A stretch of DNA of 64,000 nucleotides. Source: a virus. Its lineage: Duplodnaviria > Caudoviricetes. The position numbers were made by a program, and so were the translations under genes. Below, one piece after another: positions 27,836 to 40,162 of the stretch. Location: the IMG/VR virus record IMGVR_UViG_3300031994_000046, positions 1-64,000 of that record; one strand, written 5' to 3'. Numbering within the stretch: position 1 is the first letter of the stretch; the number at the start of each line of letters is the position of its first letter. The notes under the pieces were generated by a model. It was not told where the DNA came from, searched no databases, and saw only the letters and a list, made by a program, of their open reading frames with translations.

Positions 27836-28528
27836 ATGAAAGAGTTTTGGAATAAGTTTAAAGCGCACATCATTTATATATTGATTATCTTAATATTATG
27901 TGCGGTATTGACTACATCCATCAATAAATGTTCAAGTGTTCAACATGAATATAAGAATAACATAGAGGCCTTGAATGATACTATTAAGTATTATCAAGAC
28001 AAAAATGGAAATTTAGTTGCTAAAAAGTTGGCATTTGAATCTGATGTTAAGACACTTAAACTTCTTAATGAACAATTGTATAAAGAAATAGACGATCTTA
28101 AAATAAAAGGTAATGTTGCTTCAATTGTTTATGTAGAAGGTAAAGTTGAAAATCCACCTAAAGATACTGTTTATGTAATCAATCATGAAATCATATCTAA
28201 AGGATTCATGAAAGATTTTAATTTTAATGATGATTATCGTATTTTAGAAGGAAATGTCAAATATGAAAATGATAGCTTAGGCATATTCATTAATAAAGAC
28301 ATTATCAATTTTGATTATACAGTTGGCATGGACGAAAAAAATAATATCTATGTTAAGTCAACCAATCCGTATGTCAAATATAATGAAATTTCTGGATTCA
28401 GAGTTTCACAACCAAAAAAGACACATTGGAGTTTAGGTCCTTCGGTTAACTTTGGTTATGATCCGATTCAAAACAAACCTTCATTTAATTTAGGTGTTTC
28501 ATTAAATTATAGCTTATTCAAATTCTAA
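27836..28528 (+). CDS. Membrane-anchored spanin-like lysis accessory protein
   Basis: N-terminal TM helix plus Cys, coiled coil, C-terminal amphipathic beta-hairpin ending YSLFKF; follows the lysin. Confidence 0.55.
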   Translation: MKEFWNKFKAHIIYILIILILCAVLTTSINKCSSVQHEYKNNIEALNDTIKYYQDKNGNLVAKKLAFESDVKTLKLLNEQLYKEIDDLKIKGNVASIVYVEGKVENPPKDTVYVINHEIISKGFMKDFNFNDDYRILEGNVKYENDSLGIFINKDIINFDYTVGMDEKNNIYVKSTNPYVKYNEISGFRVSQPKKTHWSLGPSVNFGYDPIQNKPSFNLGVSLNYSLFKF

Positions 28529-28533
28529 ATAAT

Positions 28534-28568
28534 GGGAAGATAATTTTTTAGTTATCTTCCTATTTTTA
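28534..28568 (+). terminator. Intrinsic terminator after the lysis genes
   Basis: ggaagataa/ttatcttcc stem followed by tattttt. Confidence 0.7.
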
Positions 28569-28688
28569 TATTTTTTCATTAATATTTGTTTTATTTTTAT
28601 TTATAAAATAGAAGTATCATTGAAAGACTTTTTGTCTTTCATAAGAAAGTATACTTTTTATATTCTTATAAAAATATTAATAAAACAA

Positions 28689-30572
28689 ATGAGTAAATTG
28701 AAAAATATTGATATATATGTAGGTACTGTAGGTAGCGCATATGTCGATAAAGAAACTGCTCTTAAGAATAAGCAAAATGCTGAAATTAATATTGTTGATG
28801 TTGAAAACATTATTGCTAAAGCACAAGCTATTAAACTTGCTTTAGAAACTTCAGTTACTAATTCAAGAGCAGCCGAAAATGGTGCTCAAGGTATTTTAAA
28901 TAGATTAAATTCTGTTATTGAAGAATACAGATCTAAAGATTTATCTAAGTATCTTCAACTTGTTGAATTAAGAGAAAACTTAAGTGCAAATGATGCTGAC
29001 GGTATTTATGCAAATGGTGGTAATATTATTACTGCATCTACAAATTCACGTAATGCCGTTAGTCAGATTGAAGCAATTAATGATATCATTGCTGCTGCTG
29101 AAGTTTTACTTGAAGATAATAGAAAACTTGCCTTGATAAGAGCTAATGAATATGATGATGCAGTTAATACATTTGCACAATATATACCTGATTATGAAAC
29201 AGATCCAAATGAAATGTCAAATAATCTTGAAAATATGTTGAATGAAAGAATTGATGAAGTTCAAGATAACTTAGGTATTATTGAAGGCACTATTACTGCT
29301 GTTAATAATACAACTGAAGAAGTTGGTAATGCTATTGATGCTATATTGGCTGGTGAAAATACTGATACACCTGTTGATGTAGATGGAAATATTTACTATT
29401 GGTATGCTGGTCAGAAACTACCAATCGCTGAAGGAATATCTTCTACAAGTTCAGAGTTTAAGATCACTGAGGATTCTGTTAATTCATGGCATGAACTTGA
29501 AGTTATTAAGACAACTGTTAATGATGAAATTGTTTCATTATTAATGGCTTCTATTAGTAGTATGTCAACATTGACTACATGGTATGTGATTATTCCTGCA
29601 GACTTACAGTTCTCACCAGTTATGTCTGATTTGACAACAGCTGATTCTAGATTTACTAAGGTTAGCACAGGATTCTATACAGTTGATGAAAAAGACTATG
29701 TATGTTATAAAGTTAATAATGATATACCTTCAATTGCTGAAGATGAATCAACACTTAACATCATATTCACTTCTGCTATTGTTGAAACTCCTGAAGAAGA
29801 AACAATAACTGGTAATTATTGGTACTTTGGTACTCAAGCTCCATCTCAACCTTATATTAAAGCTGCTGATATTGTAACAAATAATGAAAGCATGGGTTGG
29901 AGAAAGATTGAAGGTGCATTAAGTAATTATACATCAAATAATCCTTATGCATCAAATATTGCAATTCCTGTTGATGATAACACATGTTACTTAATTGTTC
30001 CAACAGGTACAAAGATGGCTGATGGTCTTGGTGAAACTACATGGGGAACATCATATGATACTATCATAATTAATAGTATTCCTTATTCAGTATTCAAACA
30101 AGATAATGTATTTGAATTCAACTTATCATTATACATTGATTCATCAGTTATTCCTGAACCAACGGGCGAACCTGAACCAACAGGAGAAACTGGTACACCT
30201 GAACCAACAGGTGAACCTGTTCAACCAAAGAATTACTATTTCTATATAGGTACAACAGAACCATCTGCTAATACAATCATAACTGATGAAATTGCAGAAG
30301 GTAATGATGATAAAGGATGGCACTTTATTGGTACATCTGTAGGTAATTATTCTGCTGCATCTCCATTATGGGCTCCTGCTGGTGATGGTATTTTATTAAA
30401 TGAAGATTATGAAGATATTGACTTCTATCTTGCATTACCTGGAAATCAAAAGGTATATGATGGTCTCGGTGGAGAAGTATCATATCAGTCACTTGGTGTA
30501 GTTATTATAGATGGTGTTTCTTATAACATTTATAAGGGTGTAAGTTCAGAATTTGCATTTAAGATATATTAA
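28689..30572 (+). CDS. Virion fibre/decoration protein: N-terminal coiled coil plus three repeated beta domains
   Basis: Likely start MSKLKN at 28689; three repeats Y(W/F)YxG...GW/SW...Y(V/L)xxP; PEPTG linker. Confidence 0.65.
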   Translation: MSKLKNIDIYVGTVGSAYVDKETALKNKQNAEINIVDVENIIAKAQAIKLALETSVTNSRAAENGAQGILNRLNSVIEEYRSKDLSKYLQLVELRENLSANDADGIYANGGNIITASTNSRNAVSQIEAINDIIAAAEVLLEDNRKLALIRANEYDDAVNTFAQYIPDYETDPNEMSNNLENMLNERIDEVQDNLGIIEGTITAVNNTTEEVGNAIDAILAGENTDTPVDVDGNIYYWYAGQKLPIAEGISSTSSEFKITEDSVNSWHELEVIKTTVNDEIVSLLMASISSMSTLTTWYVIIPADLQFSPVMSDLTTADSRFTKVSTGFYTVDEKDYVCYKVNNDIPSIAEDESTLNIIFTSAIVETPEEETITGNYWYFGTQAPSQPYIKAADIVTNNESMGWRKIEGALSNYTSNNPYASNIAIPVDDNTCYLIVPTGTKMADGLGETTWGTSYDTIIINSIPYSVFKQDNVFEFNLSLYIDSSVIPEPTGEPEPTGETGTPEPTGEPVQPKNYYFYIGTTEPSANTIITDEIAEGNDDKGWHFIGTSVGNYSAASPLWAPAGDGILLNEDYEDIDFYLALPGNQKVYDGLGGEVSYQSLGVVIIDGVSYNIYKGVSSEFAFKIY

Positions 30573-30573
30573 T

Positions 30574-30600
30574 AGTATGAGGGGTTGAACCCCTCATACT
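30574..30600 (+). terminator. Hairpin/terminator between fibre genes
   Basis: agtatgagggg-ttgaa-cccctcatact. Confidence 0.7.
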
Positions 30601-30633
30601 TTAGAATATGAAATAAATAAATTAATTAAATAT

Positions 30634-33540
<2,907 letters not shown>

Positions 33541-33567
33541 ATAAAAACATTAATAATCACATAAATA

Positions 33568-33595
33568 AAAGGGTAATACTTAAGTATTACCCTTT
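33568..33595. terminator. Bidirectional intrinsic terminator
   Basis: Perfect palindrome aaagggtaatactt|aagtattacccttt between convergent genes. Confidence 0.85.
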
Positions 33596-33631
33596 ATTTT
33601 TTAATATTAAAATTAAAAATTACTTCTTAAA

Positions 33632-34129
33632 TTATTTTGGTCCATCTGTTGGTGCTTCTCCTGTTGGTTCAGCACCTCCAGTTTCAACTTCTGCTGTTGA
33701 AGGTTCTACTGATTCACCAGATTTTCCTGATGATTCTTCACTCGTTTGTTCAGCATTAGCTGTAGGTTCGCCTGTTGGTGTATTTTGACCTGTTTGTTCG
33801 CCTGTTGGTCCATCAACTACAGGTTCGCCTGTTGAACCAGTAGGACCTGTTGGTGTATTTTGACCTGTTTGTTCGCCTGTTTGACCAGTAGGACCTGTTG
33901 GTGTATTTTGACCTGTAGGTTCTCCAGTTGGTTCAGTTTGTGAAGTCTGACCTTGTTCTTCAGAAGCTTCATCTGATGTATTTGCTGCACCTGCTGGTAC
34001 ATACCAATCATTAGCAGCCATATCTGCATCATATCTTGTTAAACCCGTAGCAGCTGTAAATTTTTCTTCTTTTGTCATTTCTGAAGCATCTACTCCCATA
34101 ATTTCGAGTCTTTCATCAATTCTACTCAT
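33632..34129 (-). CDS. Low-complexity P/T/G/E/Q-rich protein
   Basis: GQNTPTG repeats with DNA-level tandem repeats at ~33770-33916; short folded N-terminus. Confidence 0.75.
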   Translation of the reverse strand: MSRIDERLEIMGVDASEMTKEEKFTAATGLTRYDADMAANDWYVPAGAANTSDEASEEQGQTSQTEPTGEPTGQNTPTGPTGQTGEQTGQNTPTGPTGSTGEPVVDGPTGEQTGQNTPTGEPTANAEQTSEESSGKSGESVEPSTAEVETGGAEPTGEAPTDGPK

Positions 34130-34203
34130 TTTATATAACGTTATATTTTTATATACTTTACTTTCCTCTATAATATATTTAATAATAACAATTTATATCA
34201 TAA

Positions 34204-36960
34204 TTAAAACATTATTGATAATTGATGAGCATTTGATGCATTAACTTTTGGAATATCCATTACTTCCAAGAATCTATTTATAGGATCAATAATTGTTTTC
34301 TCCCATTGTGTTATCTTATCAATCTTAGGAGCCCAATTTGGAAGTTCACCAGATGGATATCCAAAGTATCCTTCTTGTTTTTCATTAATTCTTATATTGT
34401 AATATTTGATCTTACCAGAGTATTGAATCTTATTATCTTCATTATTCTTATGAGCCAAATAATTATATCTTGCTATAGCTTGTACAGATACAGGACATTG
34501 TTTACCTAACAATAATGATTCTTTATCATCTATTACATATTTCTTATAATCACCAATACCTACAGATTGTGATATATCTTCAATTGGTGCTTTATAGAAT
34601 TCCCTTCTAAATCCTGCAAGTTTTTCATTAAATGCTAAAATATATTCGTTACGATTTTCTTCATGATATTCAAACATCAAACTATTCATCAATTTCTTTA
34701 AAAGAGTTCTACATAGTTTTGGTGTTGTTGATTTAATAATTTCAATACCTGTACCAGAAACCTTTGGTTCATCGTAATACTTTCCTTTTACATATGCATA
34801 TCCCTTAAGATATTTCTTTTTCTTAATACAAATCTGTGCATAAGAGATTGTTTCCAATTCAAATTCATGTACATTTTTACCATGACGTGGATTGTACATT
34901 TCTTCACACCACTTATTATTAAGTTTGTCTTGGAACTTCTTACAATAATTCAAAATCCAATCAACTTTCTTTCTATCTGTATCATATTTCTTTTGATATT
35001 CAGGTGTCATACACTTAAAGAAATTACCAAATGTAACATAAACTGAATCAGTGTCCGAGTAGCAAGATATGGTCTGTTTTCTAAACCAATCATGTTTACT
35101 TTCATCAAGTTCAAATTCAAACTGTTGCCAAATATCTTTTCTATTCCAAATACCTTCATGGAACCATTCTTCAAGATTATGCCACATTGTCTTTGTAAGA
35201 TGACGACATTCTCCAGTGATATCTGCTGCAAGTGATGCATTAAAGAAATAGAAGAACTGATTAGCACATGCTCCATACAACCCATTCATCAAAACTTTAT
35301 GTGCAAGCTCAAGTAAAGAATATTCATGTCGCAAATCTTCAACTTCAACTCTGAACTTCTTAAGTTCATCTTCAGACATACCAAATAGATCTTCATGAGT
35401 CTTATTGAACTTTTCTTTAAGCAAATCTACAATATCTTGATGAAATTCAATATGATTATTTGAATGATTCAGTATATTATCAATTTCAACAAGAGCTTCA
35501 GATTCGATTCTCTGACCTGTGTATTTATATTTGTCACGTAATACTTTAAGGTTAGCTTGTATACGACGGAATGCATAATCTTTATCATTCTTATATACAT
35601 TACCCATTACGGTAACAAAATAATTTGGATCTTTCCTGAATCTTTCAAGATCTGCTTCAGTCCATTTAAGAATTGTATATCTTCCGAAACTATCAGGACC
35701 AACTCTATTTTCATAGAAATTCTCAAATGATAGATTACAACTTCTTACCTGTGATGGATAAAGCGATGCAAAATCAAAACATACTGTAAACTCATATCGA
35801 CCTGGTACACAACCACAGAATGCTCCTTCATACGGTATCTTTACTCTTTCAATAGAATCATAATCCCAAACAATCTTTTGACCTTGATTATAGAATTCTT
35901 CAAATACATTTGCTGTACCTAAGGCTACCTGTCCAAATGCAGCCTGTAACGGAACTAATGTCACTGATGATACTGCACAAGGTGATTCTAAAGATTTTAG
36001 TTTATAGTGAATCAACATTGTGATAAGACTATCGACAGCATTATAGAAATAATACCATTCTGGGTCCTTTTCATAAAGATCCTGCAATGATCCTTCATAT
36101 TTAATCTTATGAGCTTTAACTGCAGCATTACCTACCCAATCCAAAGAATATGATTCATAAGGTCTTAATATATAATCATAATCTTTAACAATCTGCATAT
36201 AATCTAATATGATTGAATGACATGGTCCTGGACATCTTTTCTTTTGTCCACCAACTTCTTCCCATCCATATTGTTTGATTTCTCCAGTTGGTGAAGATTT
36301 ACGAATCATATTAAATGCTATATTCTTTCCAAACAAACGAGTTATACGATTAACCAAATACAACCAGTCAAACCCATAACTATTCCATCCAGCTAAACAC
36401 GCAATCTTTGGAATAATAACTGTAAAGAAATGAGTAAGCATATCTTCCTCAGCAGAAAAATACTGATATAATACTTTTGGTTGTTTTCCAGTTGAATTTA
36501 TAAAATCTTTTGCAAATTCATTTTCATTAACCCAATCCAAATAACGTTTTCTAAATAATGCTATTTGATCTTCATTGAGTTTATGTAGTCCATATACAAT
36601 ACAGCTAAGATCTGGACCTACTAAAGATATAGCTGTAACTTTATGTTCCGCTTTATCAGGATCAGGGAACTCTCCTTTAACGAATTCAGTTTCAATATCG
36701 AATGTATATAATTTTGGAAAGTATTGAGCATGCATTTCAGTATTCAAATCTTTTGGAAGCTCATACATAAATTCCAAAATATCAAATTCATTTGGTGTAT
36801 AATTTAAAGTATCTTTAAACACCTTATTACATCTACGGCCATTCCAAGTTTCAAATTCTCCTTGTGCATCATATTCATATGACTTAATGTGATGTAAATG
36901 CTTTGTGAAAAATTTTCTATTTCCTAATTTATCAATATATGAAATATTTATGTAAATCTC
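34204..36960 (-). CDS. polB: Family B DNA polymerase (T4 gp43-like); frame open 46 codons upstream of the tracked GTG, true start unresolved
   Basis: ExoI FDIETE, ExoII GWNSYGFD, ExoIII YNAVD, motif A FDFASLYPS, B KVLMNGLYG, C YSDTDS; upstream frame reads EIYINISYIDKLGNRKFFTKHLHHIKSYEYDAQGEFETWNGRRCNKV. Confidence 0.95.
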   Translation of the reverse strand, partial: EIYINISYIDKLGNRKFFTKHLHHIKSYEYDAQGEFETWNGRRCNKVFKDTLNYTPNEFDILEFMYELPKDLNTEMHAQYFPKLYTFDIETEFVKGEFPDPDKAEHKVTAISLVGPDLSCIVYGLHKLNEDQIALFRKRYLDWVNENEFAKDFINSTGKQPKVLYQYFSAEEDMLTHFFTVIIPKIACLAGWNSYGFDWLYLVNRITRLFGKNIAFNMIRKSSPTGEIKQYGWEEVGGQKKRCPGPCHSIILDYMQIVKDYDYILRPYESYSLDWVGNAAVKAHKIKYEGSLQDLYEKDPEWYYFYNAVDSLITMLIHYKLKSLESPCAVSSVTLVPLQAAFGQVALGTANVFEEFYNQGQKIVWDYDSIERVKIPYEGAFCGCVPGRYEFTVCFDFASLYPSQVRSCNLSFENFYENRVGPDSFGRYTILKWTEADLERFRKDPNYFVTVMGNVYKNDKDYAFRRIQANLKVLRDKYKYTGQRIESEALVEIDNILNHSNNHIEFHQDIVDLLKEKFNKTHEDLFGMSEDELKKFRVEVEDLRHEYSLLELAHKVLMNGLYGACANQFFYFFNASLAADITGECRHLTKTMWHNLEEWFHEGIWNRKDIWQQFEFELDESKHDWFRKQTISCYSDTDSVYVTFGNFFKCMTPEYQKKYDTDRKKVDWILNYCKKFQDKLNNKWCEEMYNPRHGKNVHEFELETISYAQICIKKKKYLKGYAYVKGKYYDEPKVSGTGIEIIKSTTPKLCRTLLKKLMNSLMFEYHEENRNEYILAFNEKLAGFRREFYKAPIEDISQSVGIGDYKKYVIDDKESLLLGKQCPVSVQAIARYNYLAHKNNEDNKIQYSGKIKYYNIRINEKQEGYFGYPSGELPNWAPKIDKITQWEKTIIDPINRFLEVMDIPKVNASNAHQLSIMF

Positions 36961-36987
36961 TTAATGAGATATGGGATCAACTCCCAT
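36956..36987 (-). promoter_or_regulatory. Two abutting hairpins at the polymerase 5' end containing an in-frame ATG and TAA
   Basis: mRNA AUGGGA-GUUGA-UCCCAU followed directly by AUCUC-AUUAA-GAGAU. Confidence 0.55.
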
Positions 36988-37087
36988 TTTCTGTATTGTG
37001 TTTTTCTACAAATAATTAATTCAAATTCTTATATATAAATATAGAATATCTTTAAAAAATATTTACATTTTATATAAAAACAAAATA

Positions 37088-37116
37088 GATAGGTCAAATA
37101 AATAATTTAACCTATC
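37088..37116 (-). terminator. Imperfect terminator hairpin upstream of the polymerase promoter
   Basis: gataggtcaaat-aaata-atttaacctatc. Confidence 0.55.
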
Positions 37117-37139
37117 AAAAATAAAAGTATTAGATTTTA

Positions 37140-37298
37140 TTATCTTTTATTTGTTCTCTTATGTGAATTCTTTGAATTAAATATTGGAGAACATTTATTC
37201 ATAAATTGGTTAACTTTAATCGTAGGAAGTGATTCATTCATTCCTAGCTCATACATAATAACTTCATTTCCCGTTTCTGGATCTATTGTACTATACAT
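37140..37298 (-). CDS. Small hypothetical protein (likely start MYSTIDPETG)
   Basis: ATG at 37298 overlaps the upstream stop. Confidence 0.5.
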   Translation of the reverse strand: MYSTIDPETGNEVIMYELGMNESLPTIKVNQFMNKCSPIFNSKNSHKRTNKR

Positions 37299-37554
37299 AT
37301 TTATATTTTTGTTTATCTTTTTCAATTAAATATCTCATTACTGCTTCACTATCATACTGCTTGATATCTCTATCAACAAGTTTATTGATGAATTCATAAC
37401 ATCCTTCAATATAATTTGATGTAGTACTATAAATTCCAATTGAAGCATCTACAAGAAATAATCCATTATCATCCCTGATTTCATATCCTCTATATATTTC
37501 TACTATAGGATGATTTTCAAAATATTTCTTAGCTCTATCTGAAGTTAAATTCAT
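37291..37554 (-). CDS. Hypothetical protein
   Basis: 87 aa, operon-packed. Confidence 0.7.
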   Translation of the reverse strand: MNLTSDRAKKYFENHPIVEIYRGYEIRDDNGLFLVDASIGIYSTTSNYIEGCYEFINKLVDRDIKQYDSEAVMRYLIEKDKQKYKYV

Positions 37555-37555
37555 A

Positions 37556-38299
37556 TCACTTAAGTTTTATTTTATAATCATTACAAGTAGTTGCCTTATA
37601 TTTCTTAAGTGTATTATTAAATTCAATATAAGAAACTTTATAACCAATCAGTGACTTACCAGAACTTCTACGATTTGCTAAAGCGTCATTATCAAAAGTA
37701 AAGAACTTAACAGATTTAGGAGTGCCAATTACTTGATTCCAATTTACTCTATTAATTGCTTTCTGAAGAACATTTATTTTATAAATATCTGTCTTAAACC
37801 ACCAAATATTTTCAGCACCATAGATTGCACAGATAAGAGCAGTGTTCTTCTTTAATGCAATTGACCTACGAGCCTTTTCTGAAAGTGTAGAAACATTCTC
37901 CTCTTCCTTAGTGACATGATTATCTACCTTATGAATTCCGTATGCATTAATTCTACGACATTCCTTCATAAACCAAAATCCATGAGCATTATATTTATGA
38001 CCTGAAACTGGTCTGTGATTCTGTACAAAATGCTCAGGATTAAATGTATAATCAGCAATATGAATCATCTCATGAAGAAGAGTTGAAATCTTAACCTCTT
38101 CTGGAGAATCAAAATAGTTAGAAATAGTAATGGACTTAGGATTAACCTTGTTGTTTGGATAGTCATATATGAAAGATGCATATCCCCATATTCTCTTATT
38201 ATGATTAACTTTGAAACCAATCATTGGAAGTTCACCATTCCAATATTTGTTATTGAACTCAATGTAATGTTCCTTAATCCAATTAACTGTAACTATCAT
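37556..38299 (-). CDS. SprT-like zinc metalloprotease
   Basis: EFNNKYWNGELP, ITIS, TLLHEMIH, HG..F...RIN. Confidence 0.85.
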   Translation of the reverse strand: MIVTVNWIKEHYIEFNNKYWNGELPMIGFKVNHNKRIWGYASFIYDYPNNKVNPKSITISNYFDSPEEVKISTLLHEMIHIADYTFNPEHFVQNHRPVSGHKYNAHGFWFMKECRRINAYGIHKVDNHVTKEEENVSTLSEKARRSIALKKNTALICAIYGAENIWWFKTDIYKINVLQKAINRVNWNQVIGTPKSVKFFTFDNDALANRRSSGKSLIGYKVSYIEFNNTLKKYKATTCNDYKIKLK

Positions 38300-38321
38300 A
38301 TATATTTTATTTTATATATAC

Positions 38322-38349
38322 AATATAGTTAAAAACTAAAAAAATTCAA
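38322..38349 (-). promoter_or_regulatory. Sigma70-like phage promoter (TTGAAT-N16-TATATT)
   Basis: Recurring motif. Confidence 0.55.
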
Positions 38350-38394
38350 ATATTATTTATTTTTTATGAAATATATTAGAAGCTTCATGTTTAT

Positions 38395-38868
38395 TTAAGA
38401 TTTTACTAACCAGTCCGCTGCAGATGTAACAAGTGGTCCAAGACTTTTGAATCTTACATCATATCCACATGATTCTACCCACCCTTTAGCTGATTGAAAT
38501 ACTTCATTTGACTGAAATTTTGGATTAGGATTCAAATCAAGATCAATATATTTTGGTTTTGGACAACCATGTTCAACCAATTCATTGGCCGTATTGATAG
38601 ATTCTTCTACTTCCTTAAGAAGTCTAACTTGACGTACTGTTTCTTTAGGAGTATTCCAACGCTTAAATACACAATGTCCACCATGACCTGGTGTGTACAA
38701 TACTACAACAGTTGAATATGTAGTAACAGATCTTTTATTTTGAGAATCTGTACCTACAATAATTTCGATAGGAATATCCTTATGTTCAGCACAGTAAGTC
38801 TTAACGTATTCAGAAATACTTGGCAATTTTTCTCCAGTAAATTTTTTAAAACTTATTGTTCCTATCAT
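38395..38868 (-). CDS. YkuK/DUF458 RNase H-like protein
   Basis: IIVGTDSQ, GHGG, RLLKEVEESI, IDLDLNP, SAAD. Confidence 0.85.
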   Translation of the reverse strand: MIGTISFKKFTGEKLPSISEYVKTYCAEHKDIPIEIIVGTDSQNKRSVTTYSTVVVLYTPGHGGHCVFKRWNTPKETVRQVRLLKEVEESINTANELVEHGCPKPKYIDLDLNPNPKFQSNEVFQSAKGWVESCGYDVRFKSLGPLVTSAADWLVKS

Positions 38869-38910
38869 ATTTGTTATGTTATATATTTGTTATGTTATAT
38901 TTAAATATAA

Positions 38911-38945
38911 AAAAGAGACACTTTATTTAATTAAGGTGCCTCTTT
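38911..38945 (-). terminator. Intrinsic terminator after the S1-domain gene
   Basis: aaagagacacttt...taaggtgcctcttt, imperfect stem. Confidence 0.65.
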
Positions 38946-38969
38946 AAATAATATTGATATATATATTGA

Positions 38970-40055
38970 TTAAGATAATTCAAACACTGGTCTAACGAAA
39001 CATTTAAGAAGTTGTCCTTTCTTATTATATGCGAAAGGTTCTTTACCTTCCTGAATTTCAAATTCTGAAATCTTAACCTTAACATGATCACCAGGTTTGA
39101 AATCTAACAAATCAGAAGCATCAATAGGCATAAGACCAGTTATATACTTATCATCCAATTCAATGAATATACCTGTCTTATTATTAGAATTGATAATACC
39201 TGTTACAGTTCCATCATAAGTTTCAGATTCATATGTAACATTATCATTAGATTTAGCAAGAAGCCAACGATTATAGATGTCATGAATATTATTCATACCG
39301 AGAATCTGGAGTACTTTCTTTCGAGATCCAACTAATGAATTCTCAATCAAACCTGTCTTAAAATCACGACGGAATTCTACAAACTTCTGCGGAATAATTA
39401 CAACATCCTTGCCAATCCATTTATCGAAATCACGTTCAATATTCAATACAATATGTGAACCGGGAATAAATACGGAATGAGTGTAATTCTTACCAGTCAA
39501 CTGACAGATTGGAGTAATATCAGTATGGCACAAATATCCACCCTTAACAAGAGAATCAATATGAACATTAATTCCTTGTTCATGTTGAATAGCTTTGTTA
39601 ATTGTATTAGTCCAATACTTATAATATGCAGTGATTACTGACACAATATATTTATTGTCCTTATGTTCACGAACCTCAAACAATAGTTTATTTCCGTGAG
39701 AAAGCAAGAATGAATTGATTTCTGCTGCACAATCATTAAAATTCTCTTTTGATATAATTTCATCCTTGACACCAGGAAGTTCAAATGTCATTCCGTTCTT
39801 ATCAAAAGACTTAACATAACCTGAATAAATCTGTCCAAGTTCAATTGTTACAACAGTGTTAATGTTTTTGTTTTGCTTAGTTTCTTGTGAAACCTCTTCT
39901 CCGTAGAATATTGCAAATGACTTAGCTAATGGCATATTACCATAAGCTTTCTTCATATACTTAATTCGCTCTTTATCATTTTTAAAACCAGCGAATACGT
40001 CACCATCAATGTCCTTTGCAGTAATTAAACGTTCTTTATTTTTATTATTTGCCAT
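38970..40055 (-). CDS. Ribosomal protein S1-like (three S1/OB domains)
   Basis: GQIYSGYVKS, KGGYL...VFIPGSHI, YDGTVTGI...GIFIEL..ITGLMP...GDHVKVKI; likely start MANNKNK at 40055. Confidence 0.75.
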   Translation of the reverse strand: MANNKNKERLITAKDIDGDVFAGFKNDKERIKYMKKAYGNMPLAKSFAIFYGEEVSQETKQNKNINTVVTIELGQIYSGYVKSFDKNGMTFELPGVKDEIISKENFNDCAAEINSFLLSHGNKLLFEVREHKDNKYIVSVITAYYKYWTNTINKAIQHEQGINVHIDSLVKGGYLCHTDITPICQLTGKNYTHSVFIPGSHIVLNIERDFDKWIGKDVVIIPQKFVEFRRDFKTGLIENSLVGSRKKVLQILGMNNIHDIYNRWLLAKSNDNVTYESETYDGTVTGIINSNNKTGIFIELDDKYITGLMPIDASDLLDFKPGDHVKVKISEFEIQEGKEPFAYNKKGQLLKCFVRPVFELS

Positions 40056-40162
40056 TATATTTATGTTTTTTATGAATCCGTGGCTAGAATTCAATTGTTA
40101 ATACTATGATATCTTATGATATCGTTAATTATCTCTATAAATTTGTAAAAAATTATATTAAT

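Noticed and set aside
34204-36822. Intein in the polymerase, GMPR or dUTPase insertions
   Set aside because: Inserts are short and lack Cys/Ser starts, His-Asn ends and LAGLIDADG motifs.
36940-37140. Group I/II intron or hammerhead ribozyme at the polymerase 5' end
   Set aside because: No P7/R-S elements, domain V or CUGAUGA core recognisable, and no upstream exon found in the window. Kept only as an unexplained structure.
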